DNA of 63,916 nt, filler included, from Octopus bimaculoides (taxonomy: Eukaryota): assembly GCF_001194135.2 (NCBI RefSeq). It is 6 parts of 5 records of this genome, joined end to end, with 100 filler letters (N's around TTAATTAATTAA, not from the genome) between each part and the next. Parts side by side here need not be neighbours in the genome. Positions count along the whole stretch, not along the records: positions 16,056 to 35,167 come from NC_068987.1; positions 35,268 to 46,930 come from NC_068985.1; 4 more parts are not named here. The stretch is one strand, 5' to 3'. The notes under the pieces were generated by a model. That model worked only from the letters and a program-made list of their open reading frames with translations. It was not told the DNA's origin and did not search any database. Below are positions 24,370-36,922 of the stretch, in pieces (within the stretch, counting starts at the first letter, position 1; each line of letters starts with the position of its first letter). The position numbers and the translations under genes were made by a program.

Positions 24370-24687
24370 CATTATTATTATTACTTTATTTTACTTCTGT
24401 TTTTTTTCAAAGTGAAACCAGGATATAAGAACGAAATTCACCGAATAAGAACTAAAAGGCTTATCTGTTTGGTTTATTCTCTAAGAACGTTGTTATTCGT
24501 TCAACATGAATTGGTAAAGTTAAACATACAAACATCTGAAAATTAAGGTCAGTGACCTAGAAAGACCGGCGCAGAGAATAACAACAACAACATGAAATCG
24601 GTAGATTTACAATTTCAAATGTGAACAGATATTAGAAAAAAAAAATATCCGCCGGAGATTTTACAGGAATAAGAAACGAGATATAAA

Positions 24688-24725
<38 letters not shown>

Positions 24726-25275
24726 NNNNNNNNNNNNNNNNNNNNNNNNNNNNNNNNNNNNNNNNNNNNNNNNNNNNNNNNNNNNNNNNNNNNNNNNNNN
24801 NNNNNNNNNNNNNNNNNNNNNNNNNNNNNNNNNNNNNNNNNNNNNNNNNNNNNNNNNNNNNNNNNNNNNNNNNNNNNNNNNNNNNNNNNNNNNNNNNNNN
24901 NNNNNNNNNNNNNNNNNNNNNNNNNNNNNNNNNNNNNNNNNNNNNNNNNNNNNNNNNNNNNNNNNNNNNNNNNNNNNNNNNNNNNNNNNNNNNNNNNNNN
25001 NNNNNNNNNNNNNNNNNNNNNNNNNNNNNNNNNNNNNNNNNNNNNNNNNNNNNNNNNNNNNNNNNNNNNNNNNNNNNNNNNNNNNNNNNNNNNNNNNNNN
25101 NNNNNNNNNNNNNNNNNNNNNNNNNNNNNNNNNNNNNNNNNNNNNNNNNNNNNNNNNNNNNNNNNNNNNNNNNNNNNNNNNNNNNNNNNNNNNNNNNNNN
25201 NNNNNNNNNNNNNNNNNNNNNNNNNNNNNNNNNNNNNNNNNNNNNNNNNNNNNNNNNNNNNNNNNNNNNNNNNNN

Positions 25276-25590
25276 NTCCTTTCGGAGGTGTCTCCAGCTC
25301 TGGTATTGGGTGCATGTCTTCTTTCACTGTTTGTGACTGTTCGAATTCAACTGTGGAATGTCCCTCGCTATGATTATTTTCCAGGATGTTCTGGCCACAC
25401 GTCTTACGGTTCATCAACCCGCGTTGTTGAACTACTTTCTTCTGACATACCTTCCCTCGGTGGATTAGGATCCAGTTAGATCAAGACATCATCAGGAAGA
25501 ACCACGTCCGGTTTCGGCCCCTACTCCTCTACCGTTTTGACGTGCCCCCACCCCCTTTCGGAGGTGTCTTCAGCTCTGGTGTTACTTAAC
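25276..25590. repeat. About 29-bp direct repeat spaced about 277 bp apart, next to a gap
   Basis: cctttcggaggtgtctccagctctggt at about 25277 and cctttcggaggtgtcttcagctctggt at about 25554. Confidence 0.75.
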
Positions 25591-27019
25591 GTTGCATTCA
25601 GCAACTGGTATGAATTTCATTATGAATGCACGAATTAACTGAGCAAATCAGAGACAGATATGAATGTGTTATTTACTGAAATATTGTTTTCGTATTAGGA
25701 ATGTTTTGTGTAATTCATTGCGACATTGCTGTTGCTCCTCACTGTTGTATGTATAACGATCCATATTTCTTTGGCTAATGTAAAAATTAACGTCGACAAT
25801 TTTCCTACTTTATGCATCTTATCTTAATTATGAACCTCATTGATCATTTGCCACATACTTGTTGGCTCTGACTGATTAATGATAAGGTGGTGGTGGGGGG
25901 CTTTATTTTTCAGATCTCTAGACAAATAACGAACACTAATGGTAAGCAATAACAGGTTTTGACGCTGACTGAAAATTGTCAAATTTTTAAAATCCAATAT
26001 AGGGACAAATACTGCAACTTACAGAATAATGATACCATATTCTACATTGGAAGACACCAATGCCAAACACTTCATCCACATGCAAAGATCCTCAAAGTTC
26101 CCAAGGTTACCTTTGCAAGAAGAAAACTATAATAATCTAAAAAGTATATTGATTTATATATTAGACAGGACGGTTTGGTTTACATATATAACCGACGGAA
26201 ATGCATCGTAGCTCTGAGCTCCGGCATTTGAAATTCTGAGTCTTATTATGACAACTTACTGATTNNNNNNNNNNNNNNNNNNNNNNNNNNNNNNNNNNNN
26301 NNNNNNNNNNNNNNNNNNNNNNNNNNNNNNNNNNNNNNNNNNNNNNNNNNNNNNNNNNNNNNNNNNNNNNNNNNNNNNNNNNNNNNNNNNNNNNNNNNNN
26401 NNNNNNNNNNNNNNNNNNNNNNNNNNNNNNNNNNNNNNNNNNNNNNNNNNNNNNNNNNNNNNNNNNNNNNNNNNNNNNNNNNNNNNNNNNNNNNNNNNNN
26501 NNNNNNNNNNNNTTTATTAAGCAGTTGTGGTGAGTTGCGGATTAGAATTTTGAGAGCTTGTTTTAAGCAAAGGTCACAATTTGAGCGTTGGCTCTATCCT
26601 CTCTTTCATCTTCTCGGCTACCCCGTACACAATTCTTCGAAACCATACACATAGGCACCTTACTTTATCCAATCCTTAAAATCACCTCAACCTCACCCTA
26701 TCTACCTTTCTTTCTATTTCTTTTACTTTTACCAATTAATAGCCACGTCTGCTACCATTCTGTTATTGAACATTGATATGTTCGCGTCTTTTTCTTGGGA
26801 TGTCTGTTATATCAGGACTTTAAACCACATGGATATACACAGAATTTTACCTAAGGTCTCATGCTCTTGTTTCTATAATTTCGGAAAGTTGAACTATGAA
26901 CTTTAATGCTTCTTTTTTTATTTTCTCTTTCCATTTCCTTATACTTTTATTTCCTTCCTTTATGCTGTCATCTTATGGATATATACCATTCCCATTTTCC
27001 ATATCCCTGCCACCTATTT

Positions 27020-27075
27020 GTCTCTGATGACGGTATATCCCATACTTGGTGTTATCCCAGAAACAGCTGTAAGAT
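27020..27075 (+). ncRNA. Hammerhead ribozyme motif with palindromic stem III (ACAGCUGU), stem II decayed
   Basis: GTCT-CTGATGA(27024-30)-cggtatatcccatacttggtgttatccca-GAAAC-AGCT-GTA-AGAT; stem I GTCT/AGAT; NUH = GUA. Confidence 0.6.
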
Positions 27076-27304
27076 TTTGAATGCCTTCCTATAGTAATAT
27101 TATATCTGACTTCAGATGTTTACCTTACTTTAATGTTTAACGTCCTGTTTAACAATTATATATCCGCTGCATCGGAAATCTGCAATGGCTCCATAACTAC
27201 CGTCTCGGCTATAACCTTGGAGCCCTGGTAATCCGTTACAGCGCTTACCTACCGTACCCAATTGTTTAGATCACCTGTGAATTAAACCCCAATAATTTGT
27301 AGAG

Positions 27305-27369
<65 letters not shown>

Positions 27370-28084
27370 TGCTTGAAATTCCTCGGAAATGCCTTTACGA
27401 TAATAAAGTCAATGCTAAAGCGGGTTGGGTAATTTACAGCGTTTAGAATGCACGGCATAAACAATCCAAAGACTAATGGTTGGTTAGGGTGAAATGCAAA
27501 AGATATTAATAATGTTGCATCGTTCTTTAAACTTGTCTGGATTCGGGGCAAGCTTCACCATTTACACTTGAAAGATTTTCAAATGGAATTCTACTTCACA
27601 CATAATAGCGAATAAGTCTTAGAATGAGCATTCAAAATATATACTATTCGAATCGAACCCCTTTCCATACCTTTTCATAGATGCATTAAGCACTGAACTC
27701 CCGCCTTTATAAAACTGAGCAATTTTAATTGTATTCAAAATATTCGTTCAATTGCTCTTTACGTTACAATTGTATTTTTATTAATGTTGGAATGGCAGCT
27801 GAAGGGAAGTTTGTATTTGGTGGTGACTGTCTTTTGACAACTAGCTTCAATTAATTAAAATGAATTTTAAAGAACCACAAAGAGTGGGCGAAATAGAAGA
27901 GGTGGGCAATAGAAAGCGGTAGCTGATAAGAATATGAAAGGAAGGGAGAAACAGTGTGAGGGGTTAAATGTATTAGAGTGAGTGAGAGAAATGTAGAGGG
28001 GAAAGGGAAAGTGATAGGAGCAAGAGAGGGTGAAAGAGAGAGAAATAGAGAGTTGAAAGAAGTGCTGATAGCATTAGAGTGAGA

Positions 28085-28137
<53 letters not shown>

Positions 28138-28699
28138 GGAAGTAGAAAAGCTTTCGTCAAGGACAGAAAGAGACGGAAAATTAAAACAAAAGGATTCATC
28201 ACGTGGTAACAGTGGAGCAGCAGCAGCAGCAGTAGCAGCGGTGTAGCAATCGATAGTTACATAGAAATAAAAGGAGCGAGTGAAATGCATGGACATGCAG
28301 AATAAGATTATGTTATAGATGCTTCTATGTATAAATGGAGGTTTGGTGATTGTCACATTCTATTGTTGCTGAAATAACTTGAAGCAATGCCTTACGTTAC
28401 TGCGTTTCTTCGCTCTTCTTCTATTTGCAAACGGCCAAAACAGTGTTGCTCATCAATAAAATTTATTACAATACTACAAAGTGCTAAGATTCGAATTTAT
28501 CGACCTTTAATTTTTTTGTTTGGAAGTCGCGACATGGCAAAAGGCAATGACCAGATCCGATGTCAGAGGAACGGAAGACAAAAATATAAATAACGCGTGT
28601 ATGGCTTGCGTATGTGAGTGTATTTCGCGCGCGCACACACACACACACGTAGGTAGGTGTGTGTACATATGCATATATATANNNNNNNNNNNNNNNNNN

Positions 28700-28736
<37 letters not shown>

Positions 28737-29728
28737 ATATATGTATATAAATATAGTATACATATACTGTATACGTGTGTGCGTATACATATACGCCTAA
28801 ATTTATATATACATTTATATGCGTTTGTGTGTGTGTCAAGAATATTGTATCAATGAAACTCTTTAATACTTGAGGTATTGGGGGCTAACTGAAAGAGTCA
28901 CCTTCATTCCCGGGAGCGAAGAATGGAGCCAGATATAATTTAACACGATGCTGGGCTGAGAAGTTCATACGCTGAATCTGAAGTAAGGCTAAAGCTGTGA
29001 AACCTTGCATACATTAATTTCAGTTATTCTTATTAATAACCGAATTATTTCTTTCTAGGTCCACTTGCATCTGACTGTTCAAAGAAAACTTGAAGAGTAG
29101 ATATTAACGACAGACACAGTACTGAGACCGAAAGGTAATATTTATCTCCCCTTAAAAGTGGATGTTCGGTGAGAACAAACTGTGCGGCAGATGTTACTAT
29201 GAGAGAAACTCTGGGATTTGCATTTTGGTGCAAGCTGCAATCTTGTTTATAATGCTGGCCGAGAGACCACTAGATCACCTGACTTGTCTGGCTAACATTT
29301 GTAAACTTATATGGCGGACTCCTTAGTGTATCACGAGTTTCTGCGGCCGATAATTATTTTTAGATTTAAGATTTTAATCTCTGTGGTATAATAAGCGTTT
29401 TCACGCCTAAAAATTAATGCAGTACTGCACCGAATAACATACTAATTAAATATATTAAAAGTAAATACGTAGTGTAGCGTAGATGGGTAAACAAAGAATC
29501 GCACATACTGGATGGAAAACGAAACCCGGGAGGCGAGTGTGTGGTGTTGTTTGCATTTATAATAAAATAATTATAAGCAAATTATAAAAATAATGAAAAA
29601 AAAAATCACAGTACTGTTTCTACTTCGGATTTTCATCTATCGCGTGGAGTTTTGAAACGTAACACCCGCAATAGTCGAGGGATAACTGTATGTATATAGA
29701 TATACATATACACTAGCACATACATATA

Positions 29729-29761
<33 letters not shown>

Positions 29762-29919
29762 TGCGAACAATATATTTATATGCTTAAGTTTATAACAATA
29801 CCGAAGAAATGATAACAATACTTCAGAGTAAGACTTAAATGACAGACATTTAACAGAAGCATATACATAGAGGAAATATATCTGAAACTCTTGTATATGT
29901 GTGTGTGTGTGTGTGTGTA

Positions 29920-29961
<42 letters not shown>

Positions 29962-30266
29962 TGTGTGTGTGTGTGTGTGTATATGTATATGTGCACTAAA
30001 CACACACACGCATGTATATGTATATATAAAACTGTCTATAAATAATCCATTTCATTTGCAACATACATGTAGGAACATGCTTATGAAACACTATAACAGA
30101 AAATCTTGTATATGCATGTGTTGGTAACTACATGCAAGTGTATACATGTGTTTGTGTATACATGCTTGAGCGTCTTCCCTCGTATATTCTCTGATTATTT
30201 ATGTATATACCTGATCAGAATCAGAAACAAACAGAAAGCGCAGTTTCTATGAATCCTCACTCACAT

Positions 30267-30310
<44 letters not shown>

Positions 30311-30914
30311 GGACATATACAAACATATANNNNNNNNNNTAGATAAATAGATAGATAGATACATACATACATACATACATACATACATACATACGTACAT
30401 ACATACATATAACATGTTGTACGTGTGTGTGTGTGCGCGCTTATGTGTGTGAATATGTGTGTGTGTTTCTGCAACACATAACAAGACTAAGAAGCCGAAT
30501 GTTTTTCAAACCGCACCCGCTTCCGCATTAATGAGTCTGAGAAGGTTTAATGCTGTCCATGTGGCGGCTTTTCTCTTTGATGTTATTCTTTGTTGTATAT
30601 AAACATTTCATAACCTATCTCTCTCCCCGTCGCATCTTCACCTCTCTTGCCTTCTCTCTTTCCTTCCCTCTCTCTCTATCTCTCTATCACACTCTCTCAC
30701 TCTCTCTCTCTCTGTCTCTATATCACTCTCTCTCTTGCTCGCTCTCTCTCTCTCTCTCTCTCGCACCCTCTATTTTTCACTCTCTTTCCCCTGTATCAGT
30801 GGCTGCTCTTAAATGTACTTGAATCTCTTGTTCTTGTTACTTTTCGGTCACTGACAGAGAAGTTTCAAACTCTCTTCATGTATGTATGTATGTATGTATG
30901 TATGTATGTGTGTG

Positions 30915-31200
30915 TGTGTTTCTCCTATGCACGGGTAAACCGCTGGATCAATCGGTACCAAATTTGGTATGAATGTTTTTCCTTACTCGGGGAAGCTTCT
31001 AGTGAGAAGGTCAAATTTTGGCCCCCTATAGCAACCCTTCCGATTTTTATTTATTTTTTTGCAGCAGAATTAAACCAAATTTGGCATGAAGGTTTTTCAT
31101 TACTCAGGGAAGGTTCTAGATGGAACAAATTTGGGCTCTTGTCCATATAGGGGGCTGTAGCCTCCCCTATACGACCTTTCCGATTTTTTTTTTCAGCAGT
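30915..31200 (+). mobile_element. Non-coding repeat with two tandem subrepeats (about 115-bp period), probably part of the adjacent Helitron
   Basis: accaaatttggtatgaatgtttttccttactcggggaag (about 30958) and accaaatttggcatgaaggtttttcattactcagggaag (about 31075), each followed by cccctata…ttccgattttt. Confidence 0.5.
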
Positions 31201-31379
31201 ATAATATTGCTTCACTTCTATTCTGTCACAAATTGTTTCACTTTTATTGTTTCACATTTATCTATAAAATTCACTGCCTGTGTGTAGCAGGTTAGATGGG
31301 GTCTCAATACAGAAGGGAGATGAAACGTACCCAAAATTTCCATGCTAAACTTAGTTTAAATTTCCAAATGAAACTAATG

Positions 31380-31640
31380 GCATGCGCTGACCAGGTGGTA
31401 AGGTAACATTGCCAGCACAACCAGCTCCTCCTCAACCTCTTATAGATCTTCTAGAAGGCACTTCCTTCCAGTCAAAGGATTTTCTGAACAATATCAGACA
31501 ATACAACTCTGCATTTCAAATGACATCGTTTGGTGCATCTAAGGAGAGGGTTGAACATGGATTTACGGCAACGTTCAAGGGCAAGTCTATCACTTAATTG
31601 CTTCCCTGTTATCCACAAATGAACAACTACAGAGGCATGA
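31380..31640 (+). mobile_element. Helitron Rep/helicase N-terminal fragment (pseudogene)
   Basis: GGKVTLPAQPAPPQPLIDLLEG…FLNNIRQYNSAFQMTSFGA…, then a frameshift to VQGQVYHLIASLL; both are conserved Helitron helicase-like N-terminal motifs. Confidence 0.85.
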
Positions 31641-31934
31641 CATATCACTTAGTCGAATTAGCCCATCATTTGTTGCCCATATGCTTTACTGTCAATGCTG
31701 CACTTTCCCGTATCACCTGTTTCAATATAACTATAAGATATATATACAAACTATGCCATTTTAATCCCGAGCAACGCCGGGTATATCTGCTAGTATATNN
31801 NNNNNNNNNNNNNNNNNNNNNNNNNNNNNNNNNNNNNNNNNNNNNNNNNNNNNNNNNNNNNNNNNNNNNNNNNNNNNNNNNNNNNNNNNNNNNNNNNNNN
31901 NNNNNNNNNNNNNNNNNNNNNNNNNNNNNNNNNN

Positions 31935-31969
<35 letters not shown>

Positions 31970-32053
31970 TTGTATATGTGCATGCATATATATATATTTA
32001 TGTATGTATGTGTATCTATATCTATCTATCTATCTTTATATATATACATACAT

Positions 32054-32860
32054 ACAAGGGTCCAAACAAAAGTAACCGGAAACATTCTCTGTGGGACAAA
32101 ATATTTGTTGTTCAGGCTTCCATCTCTAGAAGCCACTTGATGCGATCCTCAGGCATTAGTCTGCCTCCCGGCGTCATCCGGTTACGTCGTAATGCCACGT
32201 GGTGCGTCTTTGTTTTGCAATGCTTCTCCCCTTTTCGCCTATTTTTGCAGAAACGATGGAACAGCTTGCTTCCGGGAAATTGTTTTCTCTGCTGGGGAAA
32301 ACGGCGATCGTAACAGTTGTCATAATTCAAACAGCTTCCAAGGACGATGCCACAAGCAAAACACAAGTTTACGAGAGCTTTTCACAGTTTAAGAATAGTC
32401 TCTTGTCGATGGAGGACCAACCTCGTTCAAGGCGAATGTCGACCTGCCGAACGAATGTAGACATCACGAAAATTCAGGAACTGATCTTGGAGGGCCTTCG
32501 CCGAACAATTGACAAACTTGCTGATATGACTGGTGTATCCAGGAACTTCTGCCAATGTTTTTGAGCGAGGATTTTTGAATGAAAAGAGTTGCATCAAAAT
32601 TTGTCCCTGTCTTGTTCATGGAAGATCAAAAGCAGCCACGATTAAATGCGTGTCATGAACTGAAAGAACAGTTGGATGTTGATCCAGACCTTTTTCGAAG
32701 GTCATCACTGGTGACGAAAGCTGCTGCTACGACACGAAAACAAAGCAGCAATCCCAGTCACTGGAAGCATACAGTTTCATCACGATCTCAAAAAGCGCGT
32801 CAAGTAATGTCTAAGATAAAGACGATGCTGGTGTGTTTCATCGATGCGAAAAGCTTACCG
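32054..32860 (+). mobile_element. mariner (DD34D-type) transposon, decayed 5' part
   Basis: TIR-like TA-caagggtccaaacaaaagtaaccggaa; HTH …QVYESFSQFK…EDQPRS…; KRVASKFVP (WVPHEL-like motif); SHWKH…KARQVMSKIKTMLVCFID; frameshifted. Confidence 0.88.
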
Positions 32861-34359
32861 ACCCTAGCTATTCACTCGATCTTGCTCCTTGCGACTTGTT
32901 TTTGTTCCTCCTAATGAAAAATGTCCATAAATGAAAATGTTTTCCTGATGTGGAAGAGGTGAATATNNNNNNNNNNNNNNNNNNNNNNNNNNNNNNNNNN
33001 NNNNNNNNNNNNNNNNNNNNNNNNNNNNNNNNNNNNNNNNNNNNNNNNNNNNNNNNNNNNNNNNNNNNNNNNNNNNNNNNNNNNNNNNNNNNNNNNNNNN
33101 NNNNNNNNNNNNNNNNNNNNNNNNNNNNNNNNNNNNNNNNNNNNNNNNNNNNNNNNNNNNNNNNNNNNNNNNNNNNNNNNNNNNNNNNNNNNNNNNNNNN
33201 NNNNNNNNNNNNNNNNNNNNNNNNNNNNNNNNNNNNNNNNNNNNNNNNNNNNNNNNNNNNNNNNNNNNNNNNNNNNNNNNNNNNNNNNNNNNNNNNNNNN
33301 NNNNNNNNNCAAGAATGGAATCGCAAACACGAAGAAACATTTCCTACTTTATTTATTTACATTTTCATTCAATAACTCTTTCACTGCGTTTTTGAACTTT
33401 CACTAGCACTTTCGGACATATTCGCTTTGTTCAAAACCCTTAGTCTGATACTATTCATTAATTTTAACGAGTTAAATTTAGTAAGAAATGAAAATTGAGT
33501 GATTAGCTGTTATATTGAATATATATTTCAGCGACACCGTGTATAGTTCTCATGAATAAAGATGGGCCAAAATTTAAGTAAATATTTTCCTGAGACGGGA
33601 TGCTGTTTCAGAAGCATTAATATAAAGTATTATAAATACGGTTTTAGGAATGTTGTGAGAGAGGGGCCTTCCTAACGGTTATTTCTCGACCAATGCAAAA
33701 TATGTATTCGCAACATAATGAGAAAAGCTGATTCCGAGCAACAGCATTTGTGGTTGATGGCAGCGGAGTGGTGAGATAAGCAAAGAGGAAAATAGATAAT
33801 GTTATTTATATTAACAAAACAAAGAAAAACAAAAGTAAAACACCAATGTCACTAAAGAGAACAGTTGGGCGCAATGGGACCATTCAATCAGAAGGTGACG
33901 AAGATAAATTACTCGTGAAGTAGACTACATAAAGAAAATAGTTGTATGTTTGTTATCCTCATCAGAAGACATTGGCAAATAGCGTGATGAGGATAACATG
34001 ACTTTATCTCCGTGTCTCTTAAAATCCATGCTATGCTCTACACCTAAAATATTACTTTGTTTCATTAGGATATANNNNNNNNNNTATATAGCTGTGATAC
34101 TACACATTGTTTATCCGAAACAGCTGTAAAGATAAAGCTCGATTACGTCGTTTATTTGTAGAGTTGACTGTGTATGTTAATACATTACTTACGCCTACTT
34201 TCGTTACTGTTTTCTGCTTTCACTTCCACTCGACGAAAATCGTTCTTACAGCCGACTTCCTAACGAAGCTTTATATAGAATGGACGATGGAATTGCTTCA
34301 ACTTGTCACGTGACACTCGTCTCACATTCAGTCTGTCTGTTCCGATTTCATCTTTCAGC

Positions 34360-34630
34360 CTCGAGGCTTTACAAAATGGACCATGAAATGTGGATTTGAA
34401 GATTTTACCGCGCTTTTACCACTCTCTTGGTCGCCATGTTAAATACCACAGACAAGCATTGCAAGATCATTGGCACCGTTGTGACTACAAGTTTTATGGC
34501 CGAGTATTCTCCTACAAGAGCGGTCTTTCCAACGACGTCATCAAAAATAATGGGAGTCTACTCTACACATAGGAAATCAATTTAACCCATGGATGCGACC
34601 CTGACCTGTTCTACTATTGCGAGTGTGGGT
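34360..34630 (+). pseudogene. Possible decayed C2H2 zinc-finger relic (two fingers)
   Basis: CDYKF[Y]GRVFSYKSGLSN[D]V fits C-x4-C-x3-F-x5-L-x2-H with single-base C>Y and H>D changes; upstream KCGFED[F]…/…SLGRHVKYH is frameshifted. Confidence 0.35.
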
Positions 34631-34884
34631 ATGTAAGTACGTATGTCACTGTTCAGGTTTATTTCAACATTTCTTGCCAAAGAACCGGTTTCTAACCTAG
34701 ATTCAAGCGCTACTTCATTGCAATTTCAAAATCAGACACAGGGTATTCCTGTATATCTGTATGTATGCATGTTTATGTGCAGATTTGTATGTTTAGTTTT
34801 ATGTATGTATTCGCATGCACTTAGCTGCATATCTGGACATGATCATGTATATTTAAATGATAAACTTATGTATGTATACAGGAG

Positions 34885-35167
34885 ATATCTACCAGCGCTC
34901 TCGGGATTGGCCATGGGGACGAGAATGGGCCCCAACTACGCGAACCTCTTCGTTGGTTATGTTGAGGCCCAAATATTCTCCAGTTTCACTGGTCCTACTC
35001 CCGAACTATACGGTCGGTATATCGACGACTGTATCGGTGCCACCTCACTCTCCCGCGAACATCTTGACTCGTTCCTCTCTTTCGTTCAGTCTTTCCATCC
35101 TGCCCTCCACTTCTCCTGTACTGTCTCTGACACCTCTGTCCCCTTTCTCGACATTTCGGTCAGCATC
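34885..35167 (+). mobile_element. Penelope-like element reverse-transcriptase fragment
   Basis: GLAMGTRMGPNYANLFVGYVE…YGRYIDDCIG…FHPALHFS…VPFLDISV: PLE RT motifs GxAMG-x2-GPxYANLF, RYIDD and FLD; open frame cut by a gap. Confidence 0.9.
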
Positions 35168-36068
35168 NNNNNNNNNNNNNNNNNNNNNNNNNNNNNNNNN
35201 NNNNNNNNNNNTTAATTAATTAANNNNNNNNNNNNNNNNNNNNNNNNNNNNNNNNNNNNNNNNNNNNGGTGGCAGTGGTGGTGGTGGTGTTTGGTGGCGG
35301 TGGTTGTGGTAGTGGTGATGATAATGGTGGTGGTGGTGGTGGTGGTGTTTGTAGTGTTGGGTATTTTTTTTTTGTGGTGATGCTACTATTGGTGATGCTG
35401 CTCATATCTGGGTACTTGGACTGATGGTGGTAGCAACATGAGGTGTTTGATGTGGTGGTGGCGGAGGAGGTAGTGCTGGTGGTGATGGTTGTGCTGGTGC
35501 TGGTGCTTGCAATGCAGGTGCATTTTGCTGTTGTGGTGCAGTTTGTTGTTTCACTCCCTTATTTAATAATGGTGTGATAACATATGCTTGCTTATGTGTG
35601 CGTGCGTGAGTATGCATGCAAGTTTGTTTTGTTTAGCAGTAGTAATTGTTGTTGCTGTTGTTGTTGTTGTTATTTGTGTACCTTAATGAGTGGATACCAC
35701 GATAACATCTGCTAGTTTTAACGTATGAGAGCGCGCGCGCGTGTATGTGTATTATATATATATATATATATATGTATATATNNNNNNNNNNNNNNNNNNN
35801 NNNNNNNNNNNNNNNNNNNNNNNNNNNNNNNNNNNNNNNNNNNNNNNNNNNNNNNNNNNNNNNNNNNNNNNNNNNNNNNNNNNNNNNNNNNNNNNNNNNN
35901 NNNNNNNNNNNNNNNNNNNNNNNNNNNNNNNNNNNNNNNNNNNNNNNNNNNNNNNNNNNNNNNNNTATATATATATATATAGTGGTGGTGGTGGTGGTGG
36001 TGGTGTTTGGTTTTAACTAGAGGTAACAGTGATAGTTGGATGATTTATTCTTTACTAATATGAATATG

Positions 36069-36390
36069 AAGGCACGTGGCTTAGTGGTTAGCGGATTAGG
36101 CTCGCGAGCGTAGCGTTGCAAGTTCGATTCACGGTGGCGCGTTGTGTCCTTGAGCAAGACACTTTATTTCACGTTGCTCCAGTTCACTCAGCTGGCAAAA
36201 ATGAATAGTACCTGTATTTCACGAGGCCGGGCTTGTCACACTGTGTGTCACGCTGAATCTCCCTGAGAAGTATGGGAAGGGGCACCGCGTGTCTGTAGTG
36301 CTCAGCCAGTTGCACGTTAATCTCACGAGCAAGTTGTTCCGTTGAACAGATCAATTGGAACCCTCGTCGTCGTAAGCGACGGAGTGCCAG
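36069..36390 (+). mobile_element. tRNA/CORE SINE with family A-type 3' tail
   Basis: gtggcttagtggttag…aagttcgattc…gtccttgagcaagacacttta…cttgtcacactgtgtgtcacgctgaat…gacggagtgcca. Confidence 0.85.
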
Positions 36391-36619
36391 TATATATGTA
36401 TACATATGTACGCGTATATTTATGTATTATCTATATATGTATGCATGTATGTATATTCATACAGACACATATGTATGTATTAATGTATGTATGTATGTAT
36501 ATATATATATATATATTCATACATTTTTTATTCTTTTATAATTGTATTTTCGATTTCTATTCTGTATTTGTAGGTTTGCATCAGCTTTCGTGTGTGGGTG
36601 TGTGTGTGAGCGTGTATTC

Positions 36620-36656
<37 letters not shown>

Positions 36657-36854
36657 CGTGCGTGCGCGCGTGTTTGCGCAACAGTGTGTACATTTATTTT
36701 TGTTTGAATTTTATTTTTATTGGAAGATGTAAGTGGCTGTGTTTGGTGGATTTTTCGTCTGTTCATTATAATTGCTATTGAAGTAGCTGTTGTTTCAAAA
36801 GTAATGGTTGTTTTCGTCGTTTTAATAATTATAATAATAATAGTAGTAGTAGTG

Positions 36855-36922
<68 letters not shown>

